From the IMG/VR virus record IMGVR_UViG_3300017963_000273, positions 3,987 to 67,986 of that record: a stretch of DNA of 64,000 nt; one strand, written 5' to 3'. Under the pieces are notes generated by a model. The model made no database searches and was not told where the DNA came from. It was given only the letters and a program-made list of their open reading frames with translations. Origin of the DNA: a virus. This document shows, one piece after another, positions 44,174-53,492 of this stretch; the first letter of the stretch is position 1; every line of letters starts with the position of its first letter. Position numbers and translations under genes: made by a program.

Positions 44174-44259
44174 TGGTGGTGCGGGTAGGAATCGAACCTA
44201 CGATGTTTCTAATGTAACTGTTTTACAGACAGCGTCCTTCGCCGCTTGGATACCACACC
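44174..44259 (-). tRNA. tRNA-Tyr(GTA), first tRNA of array 2
   Basis: GCTGT-CT-GTA-AA-ACAGT, A73, CCA. Confidence 0.9.
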
Positions 44260-44280
44260 ATATTTAAGAATTTGCCCAAT

Positions 44281-44306
44281 AAAAAAGGCGAGCTTTGTAG
44301 CTCGCC
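44281..44306 (-). terminator. Attenuator terminator of tRNA array 2
   Basis: GGCGAGCT-ACAA-AGCTCGCC-TTTTTT, 21 nt before the first tRNA. Confidence 0.9.
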
Positions 44307-44338
44307 AGTAACCGGGGGGAGATTATTTAATATCCATT

Positions 44339-44419
44339 TTAGTCACAGCGAGCTTGCATTAGCGAATAGCTCCAAGATTGGAGTTGACTAAGTAAATATT
44401 GCTGTGATAAAATGTTCAT
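44339..44419 (-). CDS. Leader peptide 2, MNILSQQYLLSQLQSWSYSLMQARCD (26 aa)
   Basis: AGGA RBS; residues 4-20 are exclusively L/S/Q/Y/W, the amino acids of the downstream tRNAs; 3' end pairs with the terminator arm. Confidence 0.9.
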   Translation of the reverse strand: MNILSQQYLLSQLQSWSYSLMQARCD

Positions 44420-44434
44420 ATTAGTTTCCTAAAA

Positions 44435-44509
44435 TTCTTAAGTTTATTTATAACTTTTCAATTATTTTTTCGTTGTTATAATATAACCTAAAAACTATAA
44501 AAGTATAGT
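44435..44509 (-). promoter_or_regulatory. 75-bp tRNA-array promoter, copy 2
   Basis: Identical to 4897-4971. Confidence 0.85.
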
Positions 44510-44533
44510 AGCTTTAAATAAATTTTTAACTCC

Positions 44534-44989
44534 TTACATTTTATTTAAATATGCGTTAGCTATTCGAGGTTTAAGTTTATTTAATGCTTTATTAAGATCT
44601 GAACCTCTAATAATTCCTGGTCTTTCATAGACTATAGTTTCATTACCAGCTTTAATACTGGAAAATCTAACTTTTACTAAATCTTCAGTAACAATAACTT
44701 CTAAAAATATAATAATTGGCGTTTTGATAAAATTATCTGCTTTATCCCTATAAGATACTGTAGTTACAATTTGTGGTAGGCCCCCACCACGATTAACTAA
44801 TTCATTTGGTTTAATTTTATCTTTTATTTTAGCTAAAATCAACTGTTTAATTTCAGTAGGTAATAATTCATCTTCAGTTGACATAACAAAATCATCAACT
44901 TGAATTTCATCAAATTCACTAAAAAACTTATCATATAACTTATTAAAAGTTGGAACTTTAAAAGCTTCTGTTAATTTACAAAATTTCAT
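44534..44989 (-). CDS. EAFK-family putative internal head protein
   Basis: MKFCKLTE-AFK. Confidence 0.7.
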   Translation of the reverse strand: MKFCKLTEAFKVPTFNKLYDKFFSEFDEIQVDDFVMSTEDELLPTEIKQLILAKIKDKIKPNELVNRGGGLPQIVTTVSYRDKADNFIKTPIIIFLEVIVTEDLVKVRFSSIKAGNETIVYERPGIIRGSDLNKALNKLKPRIANAYLNKM

Positions 44990-45022
44990 TATATTTTGTT
45001 CCTTTTGTGTTTATTTATTATA

Positions 45023-46384
45023 ATGGATAAGAAAACTCTACTTGCTGATTTTTATATGTATGAATTCATTTGTCAATATGGAAAAACAGATGATGAAATA
45101 CTTGAATTTGATCTTCGTGAAGAAGTTATTGAATTTTTAGATGATTTTAAATATGAGTTAAAAACCATTTTAGAATATTCAATAGTTCATGAATTATCAC
45201 ACATATGGTGGGAAACATGTGATTATAATGGACTTCAATTACCATCTTTAGGTGGTGATCGTTATTATGTAGAACAACATATTTCTGATGAAAGTGCTAT
45301 TATTTTACAAGATTTCTTAGATGAATATAAACGTTTTCTTCCTAAATATGAATTTGATAAAGAATTAGAAGGTGTAGATAGAGCATGGGCTTATAAGCGT
45401 GTTTTAGATGCTCCAGAAAATGTTTGTACATTTATTAGAGATACTAAAACATTGTTTTCAAGACTTGAATGGAGACATAATTTTGGTGGTAAAAAATGGA
45501 AAGATATAGCAGAAGCATATTTAAGACTTTTAGATGCAGAAGATTATCTTCTTGATAATCAACTTAATATTTTTACTGAGATAGATAGAATTTTAGATCT
45601 ACAGCATAATACTAATACAATATTTAATAAGATTCCAAGCTATAAAGATGAAAATTCTTATAATTGGTTAACTGAATTTCTTAACTTCAAAAGAGATCTA
45701 AAAGATCCATGGGAACTCTATAAATACTGTGGGAAATCTAAAAAGTTAGCAGCTAAAAAGTTAAAAAAATTAGGATTTGGTACAAAAGAGGAAAAAGAAG
45801 AAATGTCACTACCACCAAAAGTACAAGAACAATTAGATCGTTTAGACCAACAAGATTGGTCATTGGCAAAAGGTGTTATAACTAATGTTGTAGATGTTGA
45901 TGCAAGTCATTTAAAAGAAATGTTAGATGAAAAATTTGATTTTTCAGATATTGTCGAAAAATTGAAAAATTCATTAGATAAATTTACAGAACTTCAAGAA
46001 AAGGTTGGAAATACTAGTGATGAATTTTCTGAAACGATTAACTATGTTGGAGATAATTTTGATGATTTAAGTTCTGGAATAGCAGATTCTATAGAAACTT
46101 TAGAATCTAATTTAAAAGAAGTTAATGATACAATAACTGAACATCTTATACGTCATACTGAAATAATTGATAATATTGAGAATCAAATTAAAATCAATAC
46201 TAACAAAATTGAATCTTATTTAGAAGAACAAAAATCTGAACTTCGTGAATATATTAAAGAACAAATTGCAACTGTAGATCCAGCTTTTAGAACTACATAT
46301 GAATTACTTGATGAAATTTACGAAGCTATTACCACACCTTGGTATAAAAAACTTATAAATATGATAAAGAAGATATTTGTATGA
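45023..46384 (+). CDS. Hypothetical protein: helical N-domain plus coiled-coil C-half
   Basis: FGGKKWKDIA..IDRILDLQHNTNTIFNK motif; heptad-like C-terminus. Confidence 0.7.
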   Translation: MDKKTLLADFYMYEFICQYGKTDDEILEFDLREEVIEFLDDFKYELKTILEYSIVHELSHIWWETCDYNGLQLPSLGGDRYYVEQHISDESAIILQDFLDEYKRFLPKYEFDKELEGVDRAWAYKRVLDAPENVCTFIRDTKTLFSRLEWRHNFGGKKWKDIAEAYLRLLDAEDYLLDNQLNIFTEIDRILDLQHNTNTIFNKIPSYKDENSYNWLTEFLNFKRDLKDPWELYKYCGKSKKLAAKKLKKLGFGTKEEKEEMSLPPKVQEQLDRLDQQDWSLAKGVITNVVDVDASHLKEMLDEKFDFSDIVEKLKNSLDKFTELQEKVGNTSDEFSETINYVGDNFDDLSSGIADSIETLESNLKEVNDTITEHLIRHTEIIDNIENQIKINTNKIESYLEEQKSELREYIKEQIATVDPAFRTTYELLDEIYEAITTPWYKKLINMIKKIFV

Positions 46385-46695
46385 GTAATTTTAAAACACA
46401 AGTAATGCGTAATGCCGTTAAGATTCAGACGAAATTTAATCGTGATATAACTGAAGGCTGGAATCTTCTCTTATCCGGAAAAGATAATGATGAAGTTAGT
46501 TTTATTGTGTTAATTGATGATGGAACAAAACTTACCGGAACAATGTCTCTTACTGGTAAAGATATTATGATTGAATGGGAATCTGATGTTAAATTTTCAC
46601 TTGAAGGTCTTACATTTGGTGAAGATCTTGAAGAAGCTCTTACAGAAATGGTTACACTAATTAGGATTGAAAAATACAATGAAGAAATTTTATAA
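46381..46695 (+). CDS. Hypothetical protein
   Basis: ATGA overlap with the upstream gene. Confidence 0.65.
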   Translation: MSNFKTQVMRNAVKIQTKFNRDITEGWNLLLSGKDNDEVSFIVLIDDGTKLTGTMSLTGKDIMIEWESDVKFSLEGLTFGEDLEEALTEMVTLIRIEKYNEEIL

Positions 46696-46951
46696 AGTTT
46701 TTGAAAAAGTTTCAACAAGCTTAAGAGCTGAACAATCACCTAAAGATTCAGTTTTAGACGATGTACAAATTGGAGATAAATATTTTTGGCTTGTTAAAAG
46801 CGGAAATACTTATAAAGTAGAACAAAGACAAGCTCCTTCTGCAAATGATCCAAAATTTGAAAAATCTAAGAAGGAACTTTATAGTGGTGATGAAAAAACA
46901 GCAAAAGAAAAATTCAGCGAATTTTCATACAAAGCTATTCAGGATTTATAA
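46679..46951 (+). CDS. Hypothetical protein; start MKKFYKVFE
   Basis: ORF with an internal-protein-like N-terminus. Confidence 0.6.
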   Translation: MKKFYKVFEKVSTSLRAEQSPKDSVLDDVQIGDKYFWLVKSGNTYKVEQRQAPSANDPKFEKSKKELYSGDEKTAKEKFSEFSYKAIQDL

Positions 46952-47301
46952 GATCCTCGTCCAAACCATTTTACTGCGTAGTACATTACAGTTCTTCGCC
47001 AAGGTTTTACACCATCAATTTTCATAATATCTAAGAAAATTAAGTCCGCTTTTTCTTTAGTTAGTTTGTGACTTACATAAAGATAATCATGTACTAATGC
47101 TGCTCTAGCATAATTTCCCATATAAGGATGTCCAACAAATGGCCAGAAAATTTTGGGAATACTAGCTCCATCCATAATAAAACCCTTTGGTACAAGTACT
47201 GTATCTCCGTCGTCAGAAGTATAAGTAACTTCAGAATTTGTTTTCCATTTACGTTTATTAGATGTAGGTGAAATGTCTAATTCGCCGTTAATGTGTCCCA
47301 T
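46939..47301 (-). CDS. DUF1353 family protein
   Basis: VPKGF..DGASIP..W, AALVHDYLY, ADLIF..M, MYYAV..FG. Confidence 0.92.
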   Translation of the reverse strand: MGHINGELDISPTSNKRKWKTNSEVTYTSDDGDTVLVPKGFIMDGASIPKIFWPFVGHPYMGNYARAALVHDYLYVSHKLTKEKADLIFLDIMKIDGVKPWRRTVMYYAVKWFGRGSYKS

Positions 47302-47407
47302 GATATAATCTCCTCTAATAATGATATTTATAAGTTTACATGTTTAAAAACGTGATTATAAATTAATATAGATTTTATAAATAATTTATAAAAGGGAGTA
47401 AATTATA

Positions 47408-48940
47408 ATGAACGATGAAAACTACATTTCTGATGAACAATTAAATCAAATTCTTGTCGATTATCAAAAACAACAAACAATTGAGACTATGACGGGTCCA
47501 GCAATTTCATTTGTAATGCATATTGTAATGTTAATATTATGTATTACATTTATTCTAACTAATACAAAATCTCCAGAACCTCCAATAGTAGCTAAAACAA
47601 TTGTTCTTGAAGAAATTGTTCTTGATAAAGAAATAGAAGATGAAGTAATTGAAATTGAACAAGAAATAACTGAAGATGATCTATTTTCAGAAACTTTAGA
47701 AGCACCTAAAGAAGAAATTGTTTCAGAAGATTCAAGTCCTGAAGATATTAATGATGCCCCAGCTGAAACTGCAGATGATTCAGATATGCAAGATGTTTTA
47801 GATATTGTAAATAACAATAGCATTTGTCATTTTCCTAGTACAATGGGTGGACGTAATCCAAATGGAAGAAAACGTGGTGTTAGAGATGGCGGTGGATCAA
47901 TTCGAGGTCAAGCATCTGTAGTTGGTGCATTACGTTGGTTAGCAAGTGTTCAAAATCAAAATGGTTCATGGGGAGAAGGAAAAGGATTTTCTGTTGATAG
48001 TGGACATCCTGGTCACACTGGTTTAGCTCTTTTAGTTTTTCTTGCACATGGTGAAACTCCGCTTTCAGAAAAATATGGAACTCATGTTCAGAAAGCAATG
48101 AGATGGCTTTCTAATTATGGAAATCAAAGCGATTTAAATGTTAAACGCCGTCCAATGGGATATGCTCATGGAATCGCTACTTATGCTATTTCAGAAGCAT
48201 ATGCTATGACTAAAATTCCATTTATGCAAACAGCTATGGAAAACTGTATAGATAAAATTATTGAAGGTCAAATGGGAAATGGAGGATTTGGCTATGGATA
48301 TACTAGTGGATCACGTTGGGATATTTCTGTTGCTGGTTGGAATATTCAAGCTTTAAAAGCGGCTCGTATGGCTGGATGTCATAATGAAAAACTTTCATCA
48401 TCAATTAAAAAATCAGTAAGTTTTCTCAAAACTACTAGCTATAATGGATCTGGTAATTTTGCATATGCTGGAGATAAAAAACAATCTCGTCCTAATATGG
48501 GTGGAATTGGAACACTTTGTTTACAATTATTAGGTGAAGGTAATTCTAAACAAGTTCAAGAAGGTTATCAAAGAATTATCAAAACACGTTTAGAAGAATA
48601 TCAAAAAGTTATGAAAGATCCATCTAAATGGAAAAGTATTGGAAGTCATTCTCTATACGGTTGGTATTATGATACACAAGTTGTTTACAATATGAAAAAT
48701 AAAAATCGTAAACAATGGAAAGAATGGAGAAAAGCTTTTGAAACTGTTTTGATTAAATCACAACATAATGAGGGATATTGGGAAACAACTGGACATGGAA
48801 CAGGTGCTAATACTTCGGGAAGAGTTCTTTCAACTTGCTGGGCAGCACTTCAATTAGAAGTTTATTATCGATATCTTCCATCGTTTGATTCATCTAAATT
48901 TGAAACAATCACTGAAGATGATTTAATAATTGAATTATAA
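47408..48940 (+). CDS. Membrane-anchored prenyltransferase/squalene-cyclase (QW) repeat protein, PVC-bacterial type
   Basis: N-terminal TM and acidic linker; ALRWLASVQNQNGSW, TGLALLVFLAHG, Q..NGGFGY, D.SVAGW.IQALK.A, LQLEVYYRYLP. Confidence 0.85.
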   Translation: MNDENYISDEQLNQILVDYQKQQTIETMTGPAISFVMHIVMLILCITFILTNTKSPEPPIVAKTIVLEEIVLDKEIEDEVIEIEQEITEDDLFSETLEAPKEEIVSEDSSPEDINDAPAETADDSDMQDVLDIVNNNSICHFPSTMGGRNPNGRKRGVRDGGGSIRGQASVVGALRWLASVQNQNGSWGEGKGFSVDSGHPGHTGLALLVFLAHGETPLSEKYGTHVQKAMRWLSNYGNQSDLNVKRRPMGYAHGIATYAISEAYAMTKIPFMQTAMENCIDKIIEGQMGNGGFGYGYTSGSRWDISVAGWNIQALKAARMAGCHNEKLSSSIKKSVSFLKTTSYNGSGNFAYAGDKKQSRPNMGGIGTLCLQLLGEGNSKQVQEGYQRIIKTRLEEYQKVMKDPSKWKSIGSHSLYGWYYDTQVVYNMKNKNRKQWKEWRKAFETVLIKSQHNEGYWETTGHGTGANTSGRVLSTCWAALQLEVYYRYLPSFDSSKFETITEDDLIIEL

Positions 48941-49064
48941 TTCTTCTTCTATTTACTTAAAGTTATAAATAATTCTGATCCAAAAAATATAAAGGGTATA
49001 CATACCCTTAAGGCTTCGGCCTAAGCGAGAGCTAAGATTAATTCTAATATGATGGAGAAGAAAA

Positions 49065-49544
49065 ATGCCTTATCACTCTACTAAACACGGCAGAGCTGAA
49101 TATAATCGTTTTATGCAACTAACTTCTGGAGCATATTTAAATATACGTTCTGAAGAAGGTGGAGATGAAGTTCCTTTAGTTGATCAACGTTATGCACAGC
49201 TTGTCTACCAAGTTAATAGTACAACAATTTCTGGTAACGTTGGAATTGATGGCGTTACTATTACAAGCGGCGCACTTAATGTGTATGACGAAAATGTCTT
49301 AAATGAAATAAGTGCAATTAATTCAAAAATTGATCCGCAAGTTCAATCACTTATTCGCTATGATGGTGACTATACTTATATTATGAACTCTCTTCCTGGT
49401 ACTGCAACATCTGGTGAAACATCATGGCGTATTAAACGTGTCTATGATGGTACAGAAACAACTATAATGTATGCAGAAGGTAGTGATGCGTTTGATAAAG
49501 CTGCATCTGGTTATCTATCTTATAACTATACTTTTAAAGTTTAA
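49065..49544 (+). CDS. Virion structural protein
   Basis: Late promoter; WRIKRV..YAEG..FD motif; N-terminus related to 54260..55903. Confidence 0.7.
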   Translation: MPYHSTKHGRAEYNRFMQLTSGAYLNIRSEEGGDEVPLVDQRYAQLVYQVNSTTISGNVGIDGVTITSGALNVYDENVLNEISAINSKIDPQVQSLIRYDGDYTYIMNSLPGTATSGETSWRIKRVYDGTETTIMYAEGSDAFDKAASGYLSYNYTFKV

Positions 49545-49555
49545 GGAGGTTTTTG

Positions 49556-52144
49556 ATGGATAAATTAAGACCTGTTGTAAATATTACATTAGACGAAAAC
49601 GTTGAACTACATACTCACTCAGAAGTTATTAATAACTGGCAAGATATTCAAATATTATCTGGTGGAACAGCTAGTGAAGTAAGATATATTTCAGGTGTTG
49701 TAGATGATAATACAGCCGATATCGCACAAATTATTGATGGCGATATTGTAATGACTGGGAATAAGAATATATATGGTAATGTTACTGTATATGGTTCTTT
49801 TTATGCGCTTTCTGCTGTCATTATTACTACTGAAGAATTTGCTTTAAGTTCTAATTTTATTGATCTTAATAATAATTGGACATCAGGTATTCCATTAGAA
49901 GATGCAGGTATTCGTGTTATTCGTGGAGATGAACCTTCTTCAGAACTTCGTTGGAACGAATCTGGCGATTATTGGGAGGCTGGAGAAGCAGGTTCTTTAG
50001 AACGACTTGTCACTTCAGGAGATATTGATGAAATTTCTCATAGTAATCTTAATGATTTAGAATGGTCTAATGCTGGTCATACAATTGATGAAGATGTTTA
50101 CTTTGGTAGTAATGATCTTTCTGGTGTAGGTGGAGTATTCTTCGATATTACGGATATACATGAACATGAGGGTGAAGGACTTGTACACTGGAATCCAGAC
50201 GAACAAACATTAGATGTTCATACTGGGTTAGGGCCTATTCTTCAAGTTGGTCAAGAAATTCATACCCTCGTTTATAATAATACTCAAAGTATTATTCCAA
50301 ATGGTACTGTAATTTATCCAACTGGTATTATCAATAATAAGCCAGCTGTTTCACCAGCAACTGCTGAAACACATGAAGGATTTACTTTAGGTGTTGCTGT
50401 AGCTACTATGGATATTCCTCTTAGTGGAGATGGAATTGGTATTGTTGCTCGTGCAGGTGCTGTTCGTGATTTAGATACTACTTCTTTGACTCCAGGTGCT
50501 CCAGTTTATTTATCACCTCTAAGCGGTGGTGTTCTTACTAGCACTAGACCAGAATTCCCTAATTATGTAGTTCAGATTGGTGGTTGCTTTGAATCACATC
50601 CAACTTCAGGTGCTATTGAGTTAGAAATTGATGCTGACCAAGAAGATACATTTGCAAATGCGTTTAATGGAAGTTTCAGGGAAAGTATCGATTTCTTAGT
50701 AGATTCTGATGGAACTAATGTATCAGGTTTCTTAACGCCGTCTAATGGCAATGTAGACATGACAATGTGTTTCTCTGATGGTTTTAGTCTTTTAGATACT
50801 TCCCCATTTGCATATGTTGCGCTTACTCCAGGTACAGATACTAACCCACAACGCAACTATGTGTATATTACTAAAGATAATAAGTATCTTGAAGTTAGTA
50901 CGTCGTCATGGCCCGATTCTTCAACTGAACATATTAAAGTTGCAGATATCATTCTTATGAGTGCTGCAACAACTCAGACTGATGATGCGCTTAAGAATCA
51001 AAACTGGAATGATCACGTTCGTGGCGTTGACGGTAATGGACATATTGTTCATATTGCTGAAGCGCTTCGTAGAAAAGTTGGAGCAACTTGGTTAAACGGT
51101 ACAGCTGGCTCTGCCACAGTTAGTGGTACACCTTCTGATGTTCTAATTAGTGTTACGGGTGGTAATATAATGCAGATGCATCAACAAACATTTCCTGCAT
51201 TATCAAATCCTTCAGATGACTTGCATATCGTTAATAACTTTACGACACCGTATGCACGAGTATCTAATTTAAATACTCAGACTTCTGATGCTCTTGGTAA
51301 TACTCTAGCAAATAGCTCGTTCTCAGTAGTTTTATGGGGAATTGCTAACAAGACTGGCGAAACATCTCATATGATGATTAACTTACCTACTGATTCATAT
51401 GCTAAAAACGATCCAGATTCTGCAGTATCAGATGCTTTGAATTATTCTGTATACTCAATTCCAAATGAATTCCAAAGCGTTGGATTTCTTATTGCAAGAT
51501 TTACATTTATTCTTGAAGCTAATGGCACTACTTGGACTCTCTATGATACTGAAGATCTTCGTGGTAAGATTCCAAATAGTACTGCCGGTGGTGGAGCAGG
51601 TGGAACTGGTGTAACAGATTTTACTGGCCTCACAGATACTCCAACTTCTTATAGTGGAGCTGGTGGATATTTAGTTCAAGTTAACGATGCTGAAAATGCA
51701 ACGGAGTTTACAACAGATCCTACAGTTAATACTTTAGGAGTTGGTACTGCAACACAACTAAGCGGTGCATTACTAACTGTAGACGGTAGCGGTTATTTTG
51801 AAAATAATCTTATAGTTCAAGGCCAATCTTGGTCTGAAACAAGTACTCTTACAGATGCCGCATCTATTGCAACAGATTGTGATGATGGTAATGTTCATAC
51901 AGTTACTTTGACTGCTAACCGAGCACTAGCAAATCCAACTAATCTTAAAGATGGTGCAACATATATTTGGATCATCAAACAGGATGGAACTGGTAGTAGA
52001 ACTCTTACATATGGTTCAGCATTTAAGTTCCCAGGCGGATCAATACCAACTCTTACAACTGGTACTCCAAATGCCGTTGATATTTTGACGGGTGTTTCAG
52101 ACGGAACTAATGTTTATTGTTCCATGCAATTCGATTTTAGTTAA
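49556..52144 (+). CDS. Tail fibre-like structural protein
   Basis: DAGIRVIRG..RWNE..D.W shaft motif, LTDTPTSYSG repeat, C-terminal QDGTGSRTLT domain. Confidence 0.8.
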   Translation: MDKLRPVVNITLDENVELHTHSEVINNWQDIQILSGGTASEVRYISGVVDDNTADIAQIIDGDIVMTGNKNIYGNVTVYGSFYALSAVIITTEEFALSSNFIDLNNNWTSGIPLEDAGIRVIRGDEPSSELRWNESGDYWEAGEAGSLERLVTSGDIDEISHSNLNDLEWSNAGHTIDEDVYFGSNDLSGVGGVFFDITDIHEHEGEGLVHWNPDEQTLDVHTGLGPILQVGQEIHTLVYNNTQSIIPNGTVIYPTGIINNKPAVSPATAETHEGFTLGVAVATMDIPLSGDGIGIVARAGAVRDLDTTSLTPGAPVYLSPLSGGVLTSTRPEFPNYVVQIGGCFESHPTSGAIELEIDADQEDTFANAFNGSFRESIDFLVDSDGTNVSGFLTPSNGNVDMTMCFSDGFSLLDTSPFAYVALTPGTDTNPQRNYVYITKDNKYLEVSTSSWPDSSTEHIKVADIILMSAATTQTDDALKNQNWNDHVRGVDGNGHIVHIAEALRRKVGATWLNGTAGSATVSGTPSDVLISVTGGNIMQMHQQTFPALSNPSDDLHIVNNFTTPYARVSNLNTQTSDALGNTLANSSFSVVLWGIANKTGETSHMMINLPTDSYAKNDPDSAVSDALNYSVYSIPNEFQSVGFLIARFTFILEANGTTWTLYDTEDLRGKIPNSTAGGGAGGTGVTDFTGLTDTPTSYSGAGGYLVQVNDAENATEFTTDPTVNTLGVGTATQLSGALLTVDGSGYFENNLIVQGQSWSETSTLTDAASIATDCDDGNVHTVTLTANRALANPTNLKDGATYIWIIKQDGTGSRTLTYGSAFKFPGGSIPTLTTGTPNAVDILTGVSDGTNVYCSMQFDFS

Positions 52145-52154
52145 GGAGTAGTTT

Positions 52155-53489
52155 ATGTTTACGTTTCCCTTTACATTATTTACTATAGCGACACCTTGGA
52201 CACCTGCCTCGTTAGCTACTACATTGTGGGTCGATCCTTCTGATGAAAGTTCTATCACAACGAACGCTTCAACTGATTCTTATGGTTGGGTTGCCGCTGA
52301 GATGGACGAGACCAATACATACAGAATGTTCGGTTTGAATTATGGCCCTAACGGTGGATCGAACGTTGGAGAAATTGATTATGCGATATACCCGTTTAAC
52401 AATGGTAATGTTCTCGTATATGAGAGCGGCGTCAACAAAGGTATAAAGTCCACGTATGTGACAGGTGATGTTCTAATGGTACGAAAAAATGGTACTACAG
52501 TTGAATATCTTAAGAATGGTACTGTCATTTATACGTCATTAACATCGGCTACTGCCGGTGCTGATATGTATTTTGATTGTGCATTATACAGTAATGGTTG
52601 TACCTTGAAAGATGTTAAGTCCTCTTATGGTGATGTCATATTCACTGATGTTGTAGGGTGTTCTGTAACTGGTAATGACCTAACGAAGACTGCTAGTCAG
52701 AGTTGGGGTAATGCTGGTGCTTACTCTACTAACCCTGCATGTACATCTGGTAACTTTGTTAGTCAGATAGATGACAAAAGTGGTAACGATTATCACCTTA
52801 CTAAGTCAGTCATTGAATCTGAACCTATGACAGGTATAAAGACTATTAATGGTCTTAATGCTTTATCATTTGATGGTGAAAGTAATATTCTAAGCAAGGC
52901 AAGTTTGAGCATAGACTGTGACGTGGTTGAGGCGTATGTCATATTTAGGAGCAGTAATTTATCTCTTGAAGACTCTGTAGGGCATATCTTCAACACAAGA
53001 CCCGAAAACGCTACACAGGGCCGAAATAGGATTTCAGCGGATGGCACTGAACTATTCTCTAGGTTAGGTGGTACACTAAATACTAACGCTTCCGATGCAG
53101 ACGCATTAACTGTTGATACTGAGTATCTAATCTCTAATTGGGGTGATACATCGGGCAATATATTATACGTCAATGGTTCTGAAGCCGCAAGTGCTGGAGC
53201 ATATGATCAAGATGCTAATCATACTAGACTACAAGTTGGTGGCACGAACACTGCTGGTTTTGTCAGAGGTGTAATTGGAGAGTTGGTGTTCATAACGGGA
53301 ACAAATCTGTCCACTGCTGACCGTCAAAAGCTCGAAGGCTATTTAGCTTGGAAGTGGGGATTACGATTCCAGTTACCAGACGATCACCCATACAGATATG
53401 ATGGATCATTATTTGGTTATCCATATGATCTTAGCGATAGTGGTGAAGAACTTGCCGCTATATTCTTAACATTAAATAAAGGAATTTAA
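52155..53489 (+). CDS. Fibre-associated LamG-like protein
   Basis: WTPASL..LWVD.SD..VSQIDDKSGN..RQKLEGYLAWKWGL. Confidence 0.75.
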   Translation: MFTFPFTLFTIATPWTPASLATTLWVDPSDESSITTNASTDSYGWVAAEMDETNTYRMFGLNYGPNGGSNVGEIDYAIYPFNNGNVLVYESGVNKGIKSTYVTGDVLMVRKNGTTVEYLKNGTVIYTSLTSATAGADMYFDCALYSNGCTLKDVKSSYGDVIFTDVVGCSVTGNDLTKTASQSWGNAGAYSTNPACTSGNFVSQIDDKSGNDYHLTKSVIESEPMTGIKTINGLNALSFDGESNILSKASLSIDCDVVEAYVIFRSSNLSLEDSVGHIFNTRPENATQGRNRISADGTELFSRLGGTLNTNASDADALTVDTEYLISNWGDTSGNILYVNGSEAASAGAYDQDANHTRLQVGGTNTAGFVRGVIGELVFITGTNLSTADRQKLEGYLAWKWGLRFQLPDDHPYRYDGSLFGYPYDLSDSGEELAAIFLTLNKGI

Positions 53490-53492
53490 ATT

